DNA from: Lysobacterales bacterium
Lineage (GTDB): Bacteria; Pseudomonadota; Gammaproteobacteria; Xanthomonadales; SZUA-5
DNA length: 64,000 nt
Assembly (NCBI GenBank): GCA_022844165.1
Contig: JALHMH010000016.1
Span: 37,672-101,671, forward strand
Reading direction: 5' to 3'
Part shown: in pieces, positions 28,326-38,233 of the stretch
How the letters are laid out: each line of letters begins with the position of its first letter
Numbering within the stretch: position 1 is the first letter of the stretch
Program-made: the position numbers and the translations under genes
Notes under the pieces: generated by a model
What the model saw: the letters and a program-made list of their open reading frames with translations, nothing else
Told to the model about the DNA's origin: nothing
Database searches by the model: none

Positions 28326-29510
28326 ATGCTGCGATTTGTACTGATTTTGTTGGCCGCTACGCCGCTGTTTGTCGCGGCGCAGACCGTGCCCAGGCCGGAT
28401 GTGCCCACGGCGTCCCCGGTGGTTCCGGCCGCGCCCGTGTTGCCCGTCAAGAGTGCGATCCTGGTCGACGCCGAAACCGGGCAGGTGCTGGTCGAGCAGG
28501 ATGCCGATGCGCGCGTCGAGCCGGCGAGCATCACCAAAGTGCTGGCGGCCTATGTGCTGTTCCACGAGCTGCGTGCGAATCGCTTGAAGCTCGACGATCC
28601 CGTGCGGATCAGCGAAAACGCGTTCAACCGCGGCATCGGCGGCTCGCGCATGTTCGTCAACGCGAACTCGGACGTCAGCGCCAAAGACCTGTTGCTCGGC
28701 ATGATCGTGCAATCCGGCAATGATGCGACGATCGCGCTGGCCGAGCATGTCGCCGGTACGGAACAAGCGTTTGCGGATTTGATGAATCAGTACGCGCGCA
28801 AGATCGGCATGAGCGGCTCGAACTTCACCAACGCGCCGGGCTTGCCAGAGCCGGAGCACTACACCACAGCGCGCGATATCGCGCTGCTGTCGCAACAGGT
28901 GATTGCTGAGTTTCCCGAGTACTACGCGTGGTATTCGACGCCAGAATTCACGTTCAACGGCATCCAACAGTACAACCGAAACGCCTTGCTGCGCCGCGAC
29001 GACAGTGTTGATGGCATCAAGACCGGACATACCAACTCGGCCGGGTATTGTCTGGCCAGCTCGGCCAAGCGCGGCGATATGCGGCTGATCGCGGTGGTGA
29101 TGGGCAGCAAAAGCGAAGCCACGCGGGCACAGGAGAGCCAGGCGCTGCTCAACTACGGTTTTCGTTTTTTCGAAGCGCACACTTTGTACAAGGCCGGCGA
29201 AGAACTGGCCAAACCGAAACTCTGGAAAGGCCAGTCGCCAGAACTGGCGCTGGGTCTTGCGACAGATGCACGCATCGTGATACCTCGCGGCAAGTACGCG
29301 TCGCTGAAAGCGCAGATGGACGTACCCTCGCTGTTGATTGCACCGGTGAGCAAAGGCGACGCCGTTGGCAAGGTAAGCGTGTCCTTGGATGGCGAATTGA
29401 TACTCGAGCGCCCGCTCGTGGCCCTGAGCGAAGGCACCGAGGGTGGGATGTGGACACGCATGGTGGATGGTTTTTGGCTGTGGTTCGAAGACGAACCCGC
29501 AACGCCATGA
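28326..29510 (+). CDS. D-alanyl-D-alanine carboxypeptidase (PBP5/6, DacA/DacC)
   Basis: SITK, SGN and KTG motifs plus PBP5 C-terminal domain. Confidence 0.95.
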   Translation: MLRFVLILLAATPLFVAAQTVPRPDVPTASPVVPAAPVLPVKSAILVDAETGQVLVEQDADARVEPASITKVLAAYVLFHELRANRLKLDDPVRISENAFNRGIGGSRMFVNANSDVSAKDLLLGMIVQSGNDATIALAEHVAGTEQAFADLMNQYARKIGMSGSNFTNAPGLPEPEHYTTARDIALLSQQVIAEFPEYYAWYSTPEFTFNGIQQYNRNALLRRDDSVDGIKTGHTNSAGYCLASSAKRGDMRLIAVVMGSKSEATRAQESQALLNYGFRFFEAHTLYKAGEELAKPKLWKGQSPELALGLATDARIVIPRGKYASLKAQMDVPSLLIAPVSKGDAVGKVSVSLDGELILERPLVALSEGTEGGMWTRMVDGFWLWFEDEPATP

Positions 29511-29770
29511 GCGAATCCACAGGGCTGACTTTTCCGAGCGACCACACGTTGATCGCGATGGGAGCGCCAGGTGAGGCGTTTGCGCTCACCATGGAGGCCG
29601 CGCTCATCGCCGCAGGTGGAAAGCGGACCAACACGCCACTGGCCACCAAGTTGAGCCGCACAGGCAAGTACCAATCGGTGCATATCGAGGTGCATGTCGC
29701 TTCACGCGCTGAACTCGAAGCGCTCTACGCGGTCTTGAAGGCCCATCCTGACGTGGTGTACCGCTTATGA
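29507..29770 (+). CDS. ybeD: YbeD/DUF493-family protein
   Basis: LTFPSD, SRTGKYQSV, LYAVLKAHPDV; conserved position after dac. Confidence 0.85.
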   Translation: MSESTGLTFPSDHTLIAMGAPGEAFALTMEAALIAAGGKRTNTPLATKLSRTGKYQSVHIEVHVASRAELEALYAVLKAHPDVVYRL

Positions 29771-30522
29771 GCATCGATGATTTGTTGACGCGCCCGTGGT
29801 TTTATCGATTCGAATTGCCCGACGGCCGCGTCACACCCAGCTACATCGACGCCAGCGTCGAACCCGTGCACAGCACACGCGTGGCGATGATGGATCGCGC
29901 GCTGCGCGAGCACTTCGGCACGGCGATGCCCGCCTCGGCAATCGATATCGCCTGTCATCAAGCTTGGTTTTCGACGCAACTGACGGCGCGCGGCGTCGAC
30001 CGGGTCATCGGCCTTGAGCCACGCGACGAACACGTGCGCGACGCGCGCGCGATCACGGCGGCCATGGGGCTGTCCGATCGCATTCGCATCGAACAAATCG
30101 ACGTGCACGCGGCGACAGCGGAGCGCTTCGGCCGCCATCCACTGGTCCTGTGTTTTGGCCTGATCTACCACCTCGAAAACCCGATCGGCGCGTTGCGCGT
30201 GGCGCGCGCTCTGACCGCGCCCGGCGGTATGTGCCTGGTTGAAACACAAGTGGTGCCGGGCATGCGTGGCTTTGTGGATTGGGGCAATCACCGTTTCGTA
30301 CGGCCGCTCAAAGGCAGCTTCGGCATCATCGATGAAACCGAAGAAACGCACGGACCGGAAGCCTCTACGATGGGCATTTGTCTGGCGCCCGACACCGAGG
30401 CATTGATCTGGATCATGCAACGCATCGGCTTTTCCGATGTCACGCTGATCGAGCCCCCTGCCGACGGTTACGAGCAGCACGTCCACGGCAAAAGGGTCAT
30501 GGTGAAAGGACTGGTGCGTTAG
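29767..30522 (+). CDS. SAM-dependent methyltransferase (CmoB/DUF1698-like fold)
   Basis: IDIACHQAWF motif I variant, GLEPR, FGLIYHLENP. Confidence 0.8.
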   Translation: MSIDDLLTRPWFYRFELPDGRVTPSYIDASVEPVHSTRVAMMDRALREHFGTAMPASAIDIACHQAWFSTQLTARGVDRVIGLEPRDEHVRDARAITAAMGLSDRIRIEQIDVHAATAERFGRHPLVLCFGLIYHLENPIGALRVARALTAPGGMCLVETQVVPGMRGFVDWGNHRFVRPLKGSFGIIDETEETHGPEASTMGICLAPDTEALIWIMQRIGFSDVTLIEPPADGYEQHVHGKRVMVKGLVR

Positions 30523-30570
30523 CCCAGGAGAGTTTGAGATGGGAATTGTGGTCGCCCGAAGGTGTCGGGT

Positions 30571-31218
30571 TCATTTGCCAAGGCCACGAAGATAACGAAC
30601 CAGAATAGGGACTAACGTCGTTGGATCGTCCGCTTGCACGTCTGCGGCTTCGCTATTCGCACGATCGGCGTTCACCAGCGCGACCCCAATCAGACTCTTT
30701 GTTTGCTCGTAGATCTCTGGACTTCCCTTGAAGTAGGACTTGAAGATCGACTCGGACTTCATTGCCTTCAAAACTGCGGAACATCGTCGCATTGGTGCGG
30801 TCGTGAATCTGGCATGCAGGAGTAACCAGAATTCGAAGCAAGGCACCGAAGGGATGGCTTCGAATCTTGCGTTGCCCGCCGCTATACCGTTTTCGTAGCG
30901 TCGTAGCCGATGATCTCGAATGATCTGCCGAGCCTCCTCGTATCTCGGATGGCCGTCTTTATCGAATACGCAGAAGACCGCGTCATAAGAAGGGTTGGCC
31001 TTGAACCGCTCGATGGCGTAGGCCACAACCGATTGTGGAGCGCTGCCGCCTTCACCGGTAACGACAACATTCGCCGAGCTCAATCGCAAATCGCGAACCA
31101 TAGCGCTAAAGTAGTTGGGCTCCGTCTTTTCGCCTTCGCAAACGATCAAGACCAAGTCGTAGGGCTCGCGAATGGAGCCGCGACGCTTCAGCGACCGAGC
31201 GTTGCGCGCGCGCCCCAT
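30571..31218 (-). CDS. RloB-family (AbiLii-like, TOPRIM-like) protein
   Basis: LIVCEGEKTEPNYF, CVFDKD, SVPCFEFWLLLH. Confidence 0.9.
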   Translation of the reverse strand: MGRARNARSLKRRGSIREPYDLVLIVCEGEKTEPNYFSAMVRDLRLSSANVVVTGEGGSAPQSVVAYAIERFKANPSYDAVFCVFDKDGHPRYEEARQIIRDHRLRRYENGIAAGNARFEAIPSVPCFEFWLLLHARFTTAPMRRCSAVLKAMKSESIFKSYFKGSPEIYEQTKSLIGVALVNADRANSEAADVQADDPTTLVPILVRYLRGLGK

Positions 31219-32453
31219 CAGAGCCGAAACTCACCCAGAAATGGGACCGCCCCATAGCGCCCTTGCAGGTAGCCCTTTTCGAAGTCCTCACCCTTGCGCG
31301 GGCTGAAATCGGTCAGCGGATAAAGTCGGCTCTGTTGCTGCTGATCCTTCTCCACGAACCAAATCTGGTCGCGCCGGAATAGCGTTGGGTCGAGAATCGA
31401 CGTGTCGTGCGTTGTGAAAATGAGCTGCGCGCCCTTGGTATTGATCTTCGGGTCGTGGAACATCTGGACGATGTGGCGCATGACGAAGGGATGCAGACTG
31501 GTGTCGAGTTCGTCCGCGATAACGATTTGTCCCTGGTCGAGGGCTTGGAGCCAGAGGCCAGACAATGCAAATAACTTTCGCGTGCCGCGCGACTCGTCAT
31601 CGAAATCGATCATGACAGTTTGGCCGTCCGACGACCGATGCAACATGCGTACGACGAGCGAACGAAGTTCTAAGGCCCGGAGCAAATCATCAGGCAATCC
31701 TTCGGTGCTGTAGTTTCGTCGAACGTCAATACGTTCGACCTGTACTGCGTTGATTCCAAGGTCCGCAATCTGAAGGAACGACGCAATACGGTCTCTTACT
31801 TCGCTACTCCGTTCGCACATGGTTGTTGACAGCCACCGTGAGACATCGTGACGGCCGCTAACAACGCTGGACTTGGATTGAAACCACGAGAGAATCGGAG
31901 TGAGCTGCTCTGCATTCAGCAGGGTCGCCGTCGATAAAAAAAGAGCATTTGACCGGGTCGCCGCTTTCCATGAGTTCTTACCACCCTTCAAGTGCGCACT
32001 GAAGGTGTAGGCATTACGATTTCGATCAAACCACCTTTGAGGGCGCCCACCAGGATAAGCGACCAGCCATTCCTTGAGCACTTCCTCGCGCGTGACGTGA
32101 AATCCGTACTGGTAGCGAACGCCGTCTTGAACGATTAGAACTTCGAACTCAGTTGGCCTTTCACTTTGCGCTCCGAAACGAAACGGCGTGACCGGAATCG
32201 GGTCACCGGCTCGCGACTCACGTGCTGAGTTGAGGACAAAGTCATCCATGAACTCAAAGGCCGCAAGCAAATTGCTCTTGCCGGCTGCGTTAGCCCCATA
32301 AATCACGGACGAACGAATCAGATCTGGGGTCGCCGGCGCAGGAGAGTGCGTGATATTTGTCGCGCGCAAATCCCTCGCCGAGTCGGCAACCATGCTAAGC
32401 GTCTGGCGCTCATTGATCGAGCGAAAGTTTGCCACACTGAATTCAATAAGCAC
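31218..32453 (-). CDS. AAA_21 ABC-type ATPase (RloA/AbiLi-like)
   Basis: MLIEFSVANFRSI, YGANAAGKSN, ESRGT, DELDTSLHP, QLIFTTHD, RRDQIWF, YLQGRYGAVP. Confidence 0.92.
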   Translation of the reverse strand: MLIEFSVANFRSINERQTLSMVADSARDLRATNITHSPAPATPDLIRSSVIYGANAAGKSNLLAAFEFMDDFVLNSARESRAGDPIPVTPFRFGAQSERPTEFEVLIVQDGVRYQYGFHVTREEVLKEWLVAYPGGRPQRWFDRNRNAYTFSAHLKGGKNSWKAATRSNALFLSTATLLNAEQLTPILSWFQSKSSVVSGRHDVSRWLSTTMCERSSEVRDRIASFLQIADLGINAVQVERIDVRRNYSTEGLPDDLLRALELRSLVVRMLHRSSDGQTVMIDFDDESRGTRKLFALSGLWLQALDQGQIVIADELDTSLHPFVMRHIVQMFHDPKINTKGAQLIFTTHDTSILDPTLFRRDQIWFVEKDQQQQSRLYPLTDFSPRKGEDFEKGYLQGRYGAVPFLGEFRL

Positions 32454-32462
32454 ATCGGCATC

Positions 32463-32514
32463 CTGTTTTCATGGTGATTTTTGCGCACTTAGCGCGAAAA
32501 TGCCACTGAAACAG
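32463..32514. promoter_or_regulatory. Long imperfect palindrome upstream of the RloA-like gene
   Basis: CTGTTTTCATGGTGATTTTTGCGC-actta-GCGCGAAAATGCCACTGAAACAG. Confidence 0.6.
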
Positions 32515-32579
32515 ATTGCAGATCAGCCTGAAACTTCGGATCTGATGCCAGACGTCGGCCACGAGACAGCCCCGGGCGG

Positions 32580-33500
32580 CTATGCGCCCTCGCGCCGCAT
32601 CAGCGCGGTGGCGCCGCGCGCCAGCAAGTCTTCGCCGGCGGCTGCGCCCAACGCGTCGGGATCGCTTGCGGACCCGCGGAGTTCGGTGTGCAGCATTTCG
32701 CCTCGATCCACGCTGCCGCATAACGCTCTCAAGCGCAGCCCGGCACCATCGAACACCGCATGCGCCGCGACGGGCACCTGACAGTTGGCGCCGAGTTTGG
32801 CGTTGACTGCGCGTTCGGCGGCGACGCAGATGCCCGTTTCAGTGTCGTGCAGCGCGGCGACGATCTGCCGCATATCGCCAGCGTCGTCGCGACATTCGAT
32901 GCAGATGGCGCCTTGTGCGGCAGCGGGCAACCAATCCGGCGGAGCGAGTCGCGCCACCATTCGTTCTTCGAAGCCGAGCCGCCGAATACCGGCCAGTGCG
33001 AGAATAATGGCGTCGTATTGTCCGGCATCGAGTTTGGCGAGGCGCGTGTTGACGTTGCCGCGCAAATCCAGCGATATCAGATCGGGCCTCAGAGCCTTGA
33101 GCTGCATTTGGCGGCGCAGCGAGGACGTGCCGACGCGAGCGCCCGGCGGCAACTCGGCGATCGATCTGTAGTGCGCCGAGATGAACGCGTCGGCCGGGTC
33201 CTCTCGCGGCAGGATCGCCGCGAGCGCAAACCCAGGTTCAAGTTCGACGGGCACGTCCTTGAGCGAGTGCACAGCCAGATCCGCATCGCCGCGGGCCATG
33301 GCCATTTCCAGCTCTTTCAGGAACAGTCCTTTGCCGCCGATCGCGGCCAGCGAACGGTCAAGCACTTCGTCGCCGCGGGTCGAGAGTGGTACAAGTTCAA
33401 TCGCCAACGTTGGATCAAGCGCGCGCAAGCGTGCCGCAACGTGTTCGGTTTGCCACAACGCCAGCGGCGATCTGCGTGTGGCGATGCGTAGCACGCTCAA
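32580..33500 (-). CDS. hemC: Hydroxymethylbilane synthase (porphobilinogen deaminase)
   Basis: [50 protein letters not shown]; TTG start overlaps upstream TGA. Confidence 0.96.
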   Translation of the reverse strand: MSVLRIATRRSPLALWQTEHVAARLRALDPTLAIELVPLSTRGDEVLDRSLAAIGGKGLFLKELEMAMARGDADLAVHSLKDVPVELEPGFALAAILPREDPADAFISAHYRSIAELPPGARVGTSSLRRQMQLKALRPDLISLDLRGNVNTRLAKLDAGQYDAIILALAGIRRLGFEERMVARLAPPDWLPAAAQGAICIECRDDAGDMRQIVAALHDTETGICVAAERAVNAKLGANCQVPVAAHAVFDGAGLRLRALCGSVDRGEMLHTELRGSASDPDALGAAAGEDLLARGATALMRREGA

Positions 33501-34075
33501 CGCAGACACCGATGGTTGTGGATCGCGGTCAGTCGTTTGTGCTCGCGTGTCAGCTGTCGTTGTTCCGTGCCGCTGCTGCGCGCTGCCTGCTCCAGCACCT
33601 TGGCGATCTCGGTCTTGTAGTACTCGCAGGTTTGCGTGCGCGTGGCGGGTTCGCACACGTCTTCAGCCCAGATCTTGCCCGGTGGCGCGCCTGGCGCTCC
33701 CGGCAACGCGACACCGCTGCTTCCCTTTAAGCGATCGATCAGCATGCGTCGTGGCCGCGCGTCTGCTGTGTAATACCGCGAGCCGTCTGGCCGGGTACAT
33801 TGGAAGGAAGGTCGCGGTGTTCGCGGCGGCGGCGCAGTGTTGGCGGCGGCTACGGGATTTGCCTGTCCCGTTGCCGGTGCGGCTTTTTTCGGCGCGCTGG
33901 GTTCGCTGGTGCGAATGATGCCAATCTGCCGACCTGGGCAGGGCTCATCCTGGTAGCTGGTCACGCCGCCCGATGCTCTGCACTTGAAGATGGTCTTGGC
34001 TTGCACCGAACCGCATAACAGCGCAGCCAAAGCGATTGCCAACATACAGCGCGCCACTGCCGTCAGCTCGGCCAT
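33497..34075 (-). CDS. DUF4124-like exported protein
   Basis: Signal peptide then [15 protein letters not shown]. Confidence 0.75.
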   Translation of the reverse strand: MAELTAVARCMLAIALAALLCGSVQAKTIFKCRASGGVTSYQDEPCPGRQIGIIRTSEPSAPKKAAPATGQANPVAAANTAPPPRTPRPSFQCTRPDGSRYYTADARPRRMLIDRLKGSSGVALPGAPGAPPGKIWAEDVCEPATRTQTCEYYKTEIAKVLEQAARSSGTEQRQLTREHKRLTAIHNHRCLR

Positions 34076-34923
34076 GTCAGTGTCCCATCAATGATCGTAT
34101 CCACACGCCCGCCGACCCATACCGCTGGACCATCGATCCGCACAATGAGTTCCGCGTCGTGACCCATTTCGCGCCATTGGCTGACGCGATAACCGTTCGC
34201 CAGCGGCCCAGGGCGGCTGGCAATGAACGCGCCGATCAGCCCGTTGGCCGCGCCGGACGCCGGGTCTTCGAGGATGCCGACGCCTGCCGGAAAAGCGCGT
34301 ACGACAACATCGAACGCGCCTTGGCTGCGGGCGAAAACACACAATCCCAGACTATCGCTGGCACGCGCCAGCTCGCCGATCGCTGCATGCTGTGGTTTCA
34401 AGCCACGCACCGCCTGTTCGTTAGCCAACTCCGCCAGCCACCACCGCCGCCCGCCCTCGATATAGGCAGCACCAAGTTCGCCAAGTGGCGCTTCACCGAG
34501 CGCGGCGGCAAGTAACGCGTCGTACGTCGCCGCCATTGGCAACATGCGTGCGCCGGGCGCGCGCACGCTCAGCGTACGAGTCACACCGTTGTCTCGCACT
34601 TCGACCGGCAACAACCCCGCCTGGCATTCCTGGGTCAGAATGCCGTCTCGTGGGTGCGCCAACCCGGCGTGCAACACTGCGTGTGCGCTGCCCAAAGTCG
34701 GATGTCCGGCGAACGCGATCTCCCGTGTTGGTGTGAAAATCCGCACCCGGTAATCGGCCTCCGGGACGCTGGGCGGCAACAGAAAAGTGGTTTCCACCAA
34801 ATCCGTCCACGCCGCGAAAGCTTGCATTTGCGACGGCGACCAGTCGTACGCGTCGATCACAACGCCCAAGGGATTGCCCCCACCGGGCGCGTGAGGGAAT
34901 ACATCGAGTTGCATGTAGCGCAA
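34063..34923 (-). CDS. PhzF-family isomerase
   Basis: QLDVF, GGNPLGVV, ETTF, RIFTPTREIAFAGHPT, EDPASG; start approximate. Confidence 0.92.
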   Translation of the reverse strand: MRYMQLDVFPHAPGGGNPLGVVIDAYDWSPSQMQAFAAWTDLVETTFLLPPSVPEADYRVRIFTPTREIAFAGHPTLGSAHAVLHAGLAHPRDGILTQECQAGLLPVEVRDNGVTRTLSVRAPGARMLPMAATYDALLAAALGEAPLGELGAAYIEGGRRWWLAELANEQAVRGLKPQHAAIGELARASDSLGLCVFARSQGAFDVVVRAFPAGVGILEDPASGAANGLIGAFIASRPGPLANGYRVSQWREMGHDAELIVRIDGPAVWVGGRVDTIIDGTLTWPS

Positions 34924-35042
34924 ATTTGAGAACCGCGGTTTGGGGTTGTTCGAGAGTTTAGCAAGCGCTTTGCGTTGGTAGGTGCTGGCAAGCTGAAACG
35001 GCAACTACGAAAACCACCAAATAACGCATGCATACTGCCACC

Positions 35043-37106
35043 ATGACCGACGAGTTCCCGCAAATACCGGGCTACACCATCGAGGCCCTGCTCGGGTCTG
35101 GGGGCATGGCGACTGTTTTTCGTGCCCGGCAACTGACACTGGACCGTCCCGTGGCCATCAAGGTCATGCGCGGCGTCGGGCGCGATTCAGAAGAGTTGGC
35201 GCAGCGTTTTGAGCAAGAGGCCAAGCTGATTGCGGCACTCGATCATCCGAACATCGTGCAGATCTTCGAAGTTGCACGGACCGCCGCTGGCGAGGCCTGT
35301 TATGTCATGCCGCTGCTGGCGCACGGCGATCTCGCGGGCCGACCCAAGCCGATGGTCGAGAGCGAACTCAAGCGCATTTTGATCGCGCTGCTGGCGGCAC
35401 TTGGCCACGCGCACAATGCCGGCGTCGTGCATCGCGATGTGAAACCCGAGAATGTGCTGTTCGATTCGCGAAACACACCTTTGCTCGCCGACTTTGGTGT
35501 GGCATTCAAACAAGAAAACAGGCGCCGTTTGACGAGTTTCGGACGCACCGTGGGTTCATCGCAAACCATGAGTCCGGAGCAGGCGCGCGGCGATCCGGTC
35601 GATGGTCGCAGCGATCTCTACAGCGTTGGCTGTGTCGCCTTCGAATTGCTGACAGGAGCACCGCCTTTCGATGGCGATGAATTTCTGGCGGTTGCGCTCA
35701 AGCACCAGCAGGATCCGATTCCGCGCCTGCCGCCCTCGTTGAAGCACTGGCAGGCCTTTATCGATCGGGCGCTCGCCAAACGCGCGGAAGATCGCTTCGC
35801 CGACGCCAAATCGATGTCTGCGGCGTTGGAAGACGTCGGTCAGGCGTCGCCTGCGCGGGCACCGGTACAGACGCGCAAGACCTTCATTGTTTTGGTCGCC
35901 GTGGCGTTGACCGTCATCGCTGCACTCGCCTGGTGGCAATGGGTGCCGCGGGGCGCTCCGGCACAAGGCCGCACTCAAGCCGCACCAGACGAGATCGCGG
36001 ACGCCATTGCCGCGGGCCGTTGGTTTAATGGCGCCCGGGACGATGCTGATGCGCTGCTGGCTACGGTGTTTGCCCTGGAGCCCGTGCCGGCCGAGGCAGT
36101 CGATCAGCGCGACCAGTTATTGGCGCGCGTCACGCCCGCATTCGCCAGCGCCGACGACACGACGTTGAGCCAACGATTGCCTCACCTGAGTACGTTCATC
36201 GCTGCCACTAAAGCCGAGCAGGCACCGCCGGTGCGTGAACTGGTCACCGCACTCGAATCCCGATTGACGCCTGCCTTGAGCGCGGCGCGCGAGGCCCGCG
36301 ACCGCAAGCAAGCCGGGGCCGCGGTGGAATTGGCTGCTCTGGTACCAGCGCCATCGGCGAGCTTTGCGGAACTGCGCGATCTGGTTTCGCGCTTTCCTGC
36401 CTCTGGCGAGCCGTTCGCGGATGGTGAAGGACCACCATTGTTACTGATCCCTGGCGGCCGCATCTCGGGATTCCCCCGGCCTTTCGCGGTGACGCAGTTT
36501 GAGATTCGGCGCCAGGACTTTGCGCGTTTTATTGCCGCCACAAAGCACACGCCCGCGCGTTGTCGCGACGGCGGCCAGAGCTTGGATTGGCGCGATCCAG
36601 GTTTTACCCAGCAAGCCGACGAGCCCGTGGTGTGCATCAGCTTCAACGATGCCATTGCGTATGCCGCGTGGATGACCCAGAAAAGTGGCCGCAACTACCG
36701 TGTGCCGAGCCTGACGGAATGGCGTTCGCTGGACGCTGCTGCGCGCTCGTCAACATGCGCGAATCTGCGCGGCGAAAACGAGGCGTGCAATGACCGCTTT
36801 CGTGCCACGGCGCCGGTCGGCGGCTTTGGCGCCATCGACGCGATGCCGCGCGACCTTGCCGGTAATGTGCGTGAATGGACAAACACCTGCGAGTTCAAGG
36901 AGATCGGCGCTGTGCGTCGCGCCGTGGCCAACTTCGGGCGCTTGCTGCAGGGCAAGGAACGCGACAAAGACGGTCGCGTGTGTGTCGGCCGATACGTTGC
37001 CGGCAGTGGCTGGCGCGATAGCGCGCTCGATCGCGGCGCGAGCGCAGAAGACGACGACAGCGCCGCGATCGATCGCGGCTTTCGGCTGATTCGCGAGGTT
37101 CGCTAA
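35043..37106 (+). CDS. Hanks-type Ser/Thr kinase with TM helix and C-terminal FGE-sulfatase (SUMF1-like) domain
   Basis: GSGGMATV, VAIK, HRDVKPEN, DFG, SPEQ; PVVCISFNDA, GNVREW, GFRLIRE. Confidence 0.92.
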   Translation: MTDEFPQIPGYTIEALLGSGGMATVFRARQLTLDRPVAIKVMRGVGRDSEELAQRFEQEAKLIAALDHPNIVQIFEVARTAAGEACYVMPLLAHGDLAGRPKPMVESELKRILIALLAALGHAHNAGVVHRDVKPENVLFDSRNTPLLADFGVAFKQENRRRLTSFGRTVGSSQTMSPEQARGDPVDGRSDLYSVGCVAFELLTGAPPFDGDEFLAVALKHQQDPIPRLPPSLKHWQAFIDRALAKRAEDRFADAKSMSAALEDVGQASPARAPVQTRKTFIVLVAVALTVIAALAWWQWVPRGAPAQGRTQAAPDEIADAIAAGRWFNGARDDADALLATVFALEPVPAEAVDQRDQLLARVTPAFASADDTTLSQRLPHLSTFIAATKAEQAPPVRELVTALESRLTPALSAAREARDRKQAGAAVELAALVPAPSASFAELRDLVSRFPASGEPFADGEGPPLLLIPGGRISGFPRPFAVTQFEIRRQDFARFIAATKHTPARCRDGGQSLDWRDPGFTQQADEPVVCISFNDAIAYAAWMTQKSGRNYRVPSLTEWRSLDAAARSSTCANLRGENEACNDRFRATAPVGGFGAIDAMPRDLAGNVREWTNTCEFKEIGAVRRAVANFGRLLQGKERDKDGRVCVGRYVAGSGWRDSALDRGASAEDDDSAAIDRGFRLIREVR

Positions 37107-38107
37107 TGGCTTCGCTGGTGCTGATGGCGGTCGGATTTTCGATAGGCGCGGCGATCATTCTGTTGGTGGCCTTCGCCACCGTTTATCGCGATATGGTGTT
37201 GCCAAGGCAATCGCGGATGGCTGGTTTTGTGATGCTGCTGGCGCTGATTGTCACGCAATCCTGGCACGCGCGTTTGCCCGACGCACCTTCCTATGTCTAC
37301 GTGATGTCGCTTTGGGCACATGCGAGCGGCTTCTATTGGCTGTTCCTGGGCGTGTTGCGCCCGCCTCAACTATGGTCGTGGTGGGAGTGGTATGCACCAC
37401 CGGCCACGCTGCTGCTTCTGATGTCGCTTCCCACGAGCATCGCAGTGCCATTGGCGATGACCTATGGAACCGCGGGTGCCGTGCACCTGGGTGTGCTGTT
37501 GGTGCGGCTTGGCCCGGTGCGACGCTGGTTTTTGTTGGAGCGCAACGTTTTGGTCCTGTTTGCCGGGATGGGGGCCGGCATCGCGCTGCTCGGCGGGGCG
37601 TATCCGTGGCTCGGTTGGCAGATTTTCTTTTCGGCCTATGCGGTGCTGCTCGCCCTTGGCTTTGCACTCGTGCTGCTGTTGCTGCTGCGGTTTCCCGATC
37701 TGACGCAAAAGACCCAAGAGGCGGTGCGCACATCTTATGCGGTGTCGACGCTCAGCAATGTCGATCGTCGTGCGGCCGTGGACAAGATCAAAGCGCTGTT
37801 CGAGGACGAACATGTGTATCGCAACGAGAACCTCGACCTGGCGACGCTGGCCGGGATGGCGAACTTGACGCCGCACCAAACCTCGGAGCTGATCAATACC
37901 GAGATGGCGATGAGTTTTTCACGGCTGTTGCGGCACTACCGGATCGAAGCCGCCAAACGCATGTTGATCGAAGAACGCCGCGCATCGGTGCTCAGCGTCG
38001 GGATGGCGGTCGGCTTCAATTCCACCTCAAATTTTTATGCGGCGTTCAAGGAATTGACCGCGACAGTTCCGAGTCAATTCCGGAAAGATCATTCTGGAGA
38101 CCCATAA
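37106..38107 (+). CDS. Membrane-bound AraC-family regulator
   Basis: About six TM helices then C-terminal HTH (RIEAAKRML, VGFNSTSNFYAAFKE); TAATG overlap with the kinase. Confidence 0.9.
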   Translation: MASLVLMAVGFSIGAAIILLVAFATVYRDMVLPRQSRMAGFVMLLALIVTQSWHARLPDAPSYVYVMSLWAHASGFYWLFLGVLRPPQLWSWWEWYAPPATLLLLMSLPTSIAVPLAMTYGTAGAVHLGVLLVRLGPVRRWFLLERNVLVLFAGMGAGIALLGGAYPWLGWQIFFSAYAVLLALGFALVLLLLLRFPDLTQKTQEAVRTSYAVSTLSNVDRRAAVDKIKALFEDEHVYRNENLDLATLAGMANLTPHQTSELINTEMAMSFSRLLRHYRIEAAKRMLIEERRASVLSVGMAVGFNSTSNFYAAFKELTATVPSQFRKDHSGDP

Positions 38108-38162
38108 GCCATTGATTTTCAGGCCTCAAGAAAGAACTTGGTCCGGAATGATCGAAGCGGAC
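38078..38162 (+). promoter_or_regulatory. Pair of candidate AraC-binding sites
   Basis: TTCCGGAAAGATCATTCTGGAG 38078-38099 and GTCCGGAATGATCGAAGCGGAC 38141-38162, 63 bp apart. Confidence 0.5.
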
Positions 38163-38233
38163 GTTTAGCGCGGACGAGGCACGGAGACTTCCGACTGCCG
38201 GGCTGTTCCGGCGCAAGAAGCGGAAGAACGACC

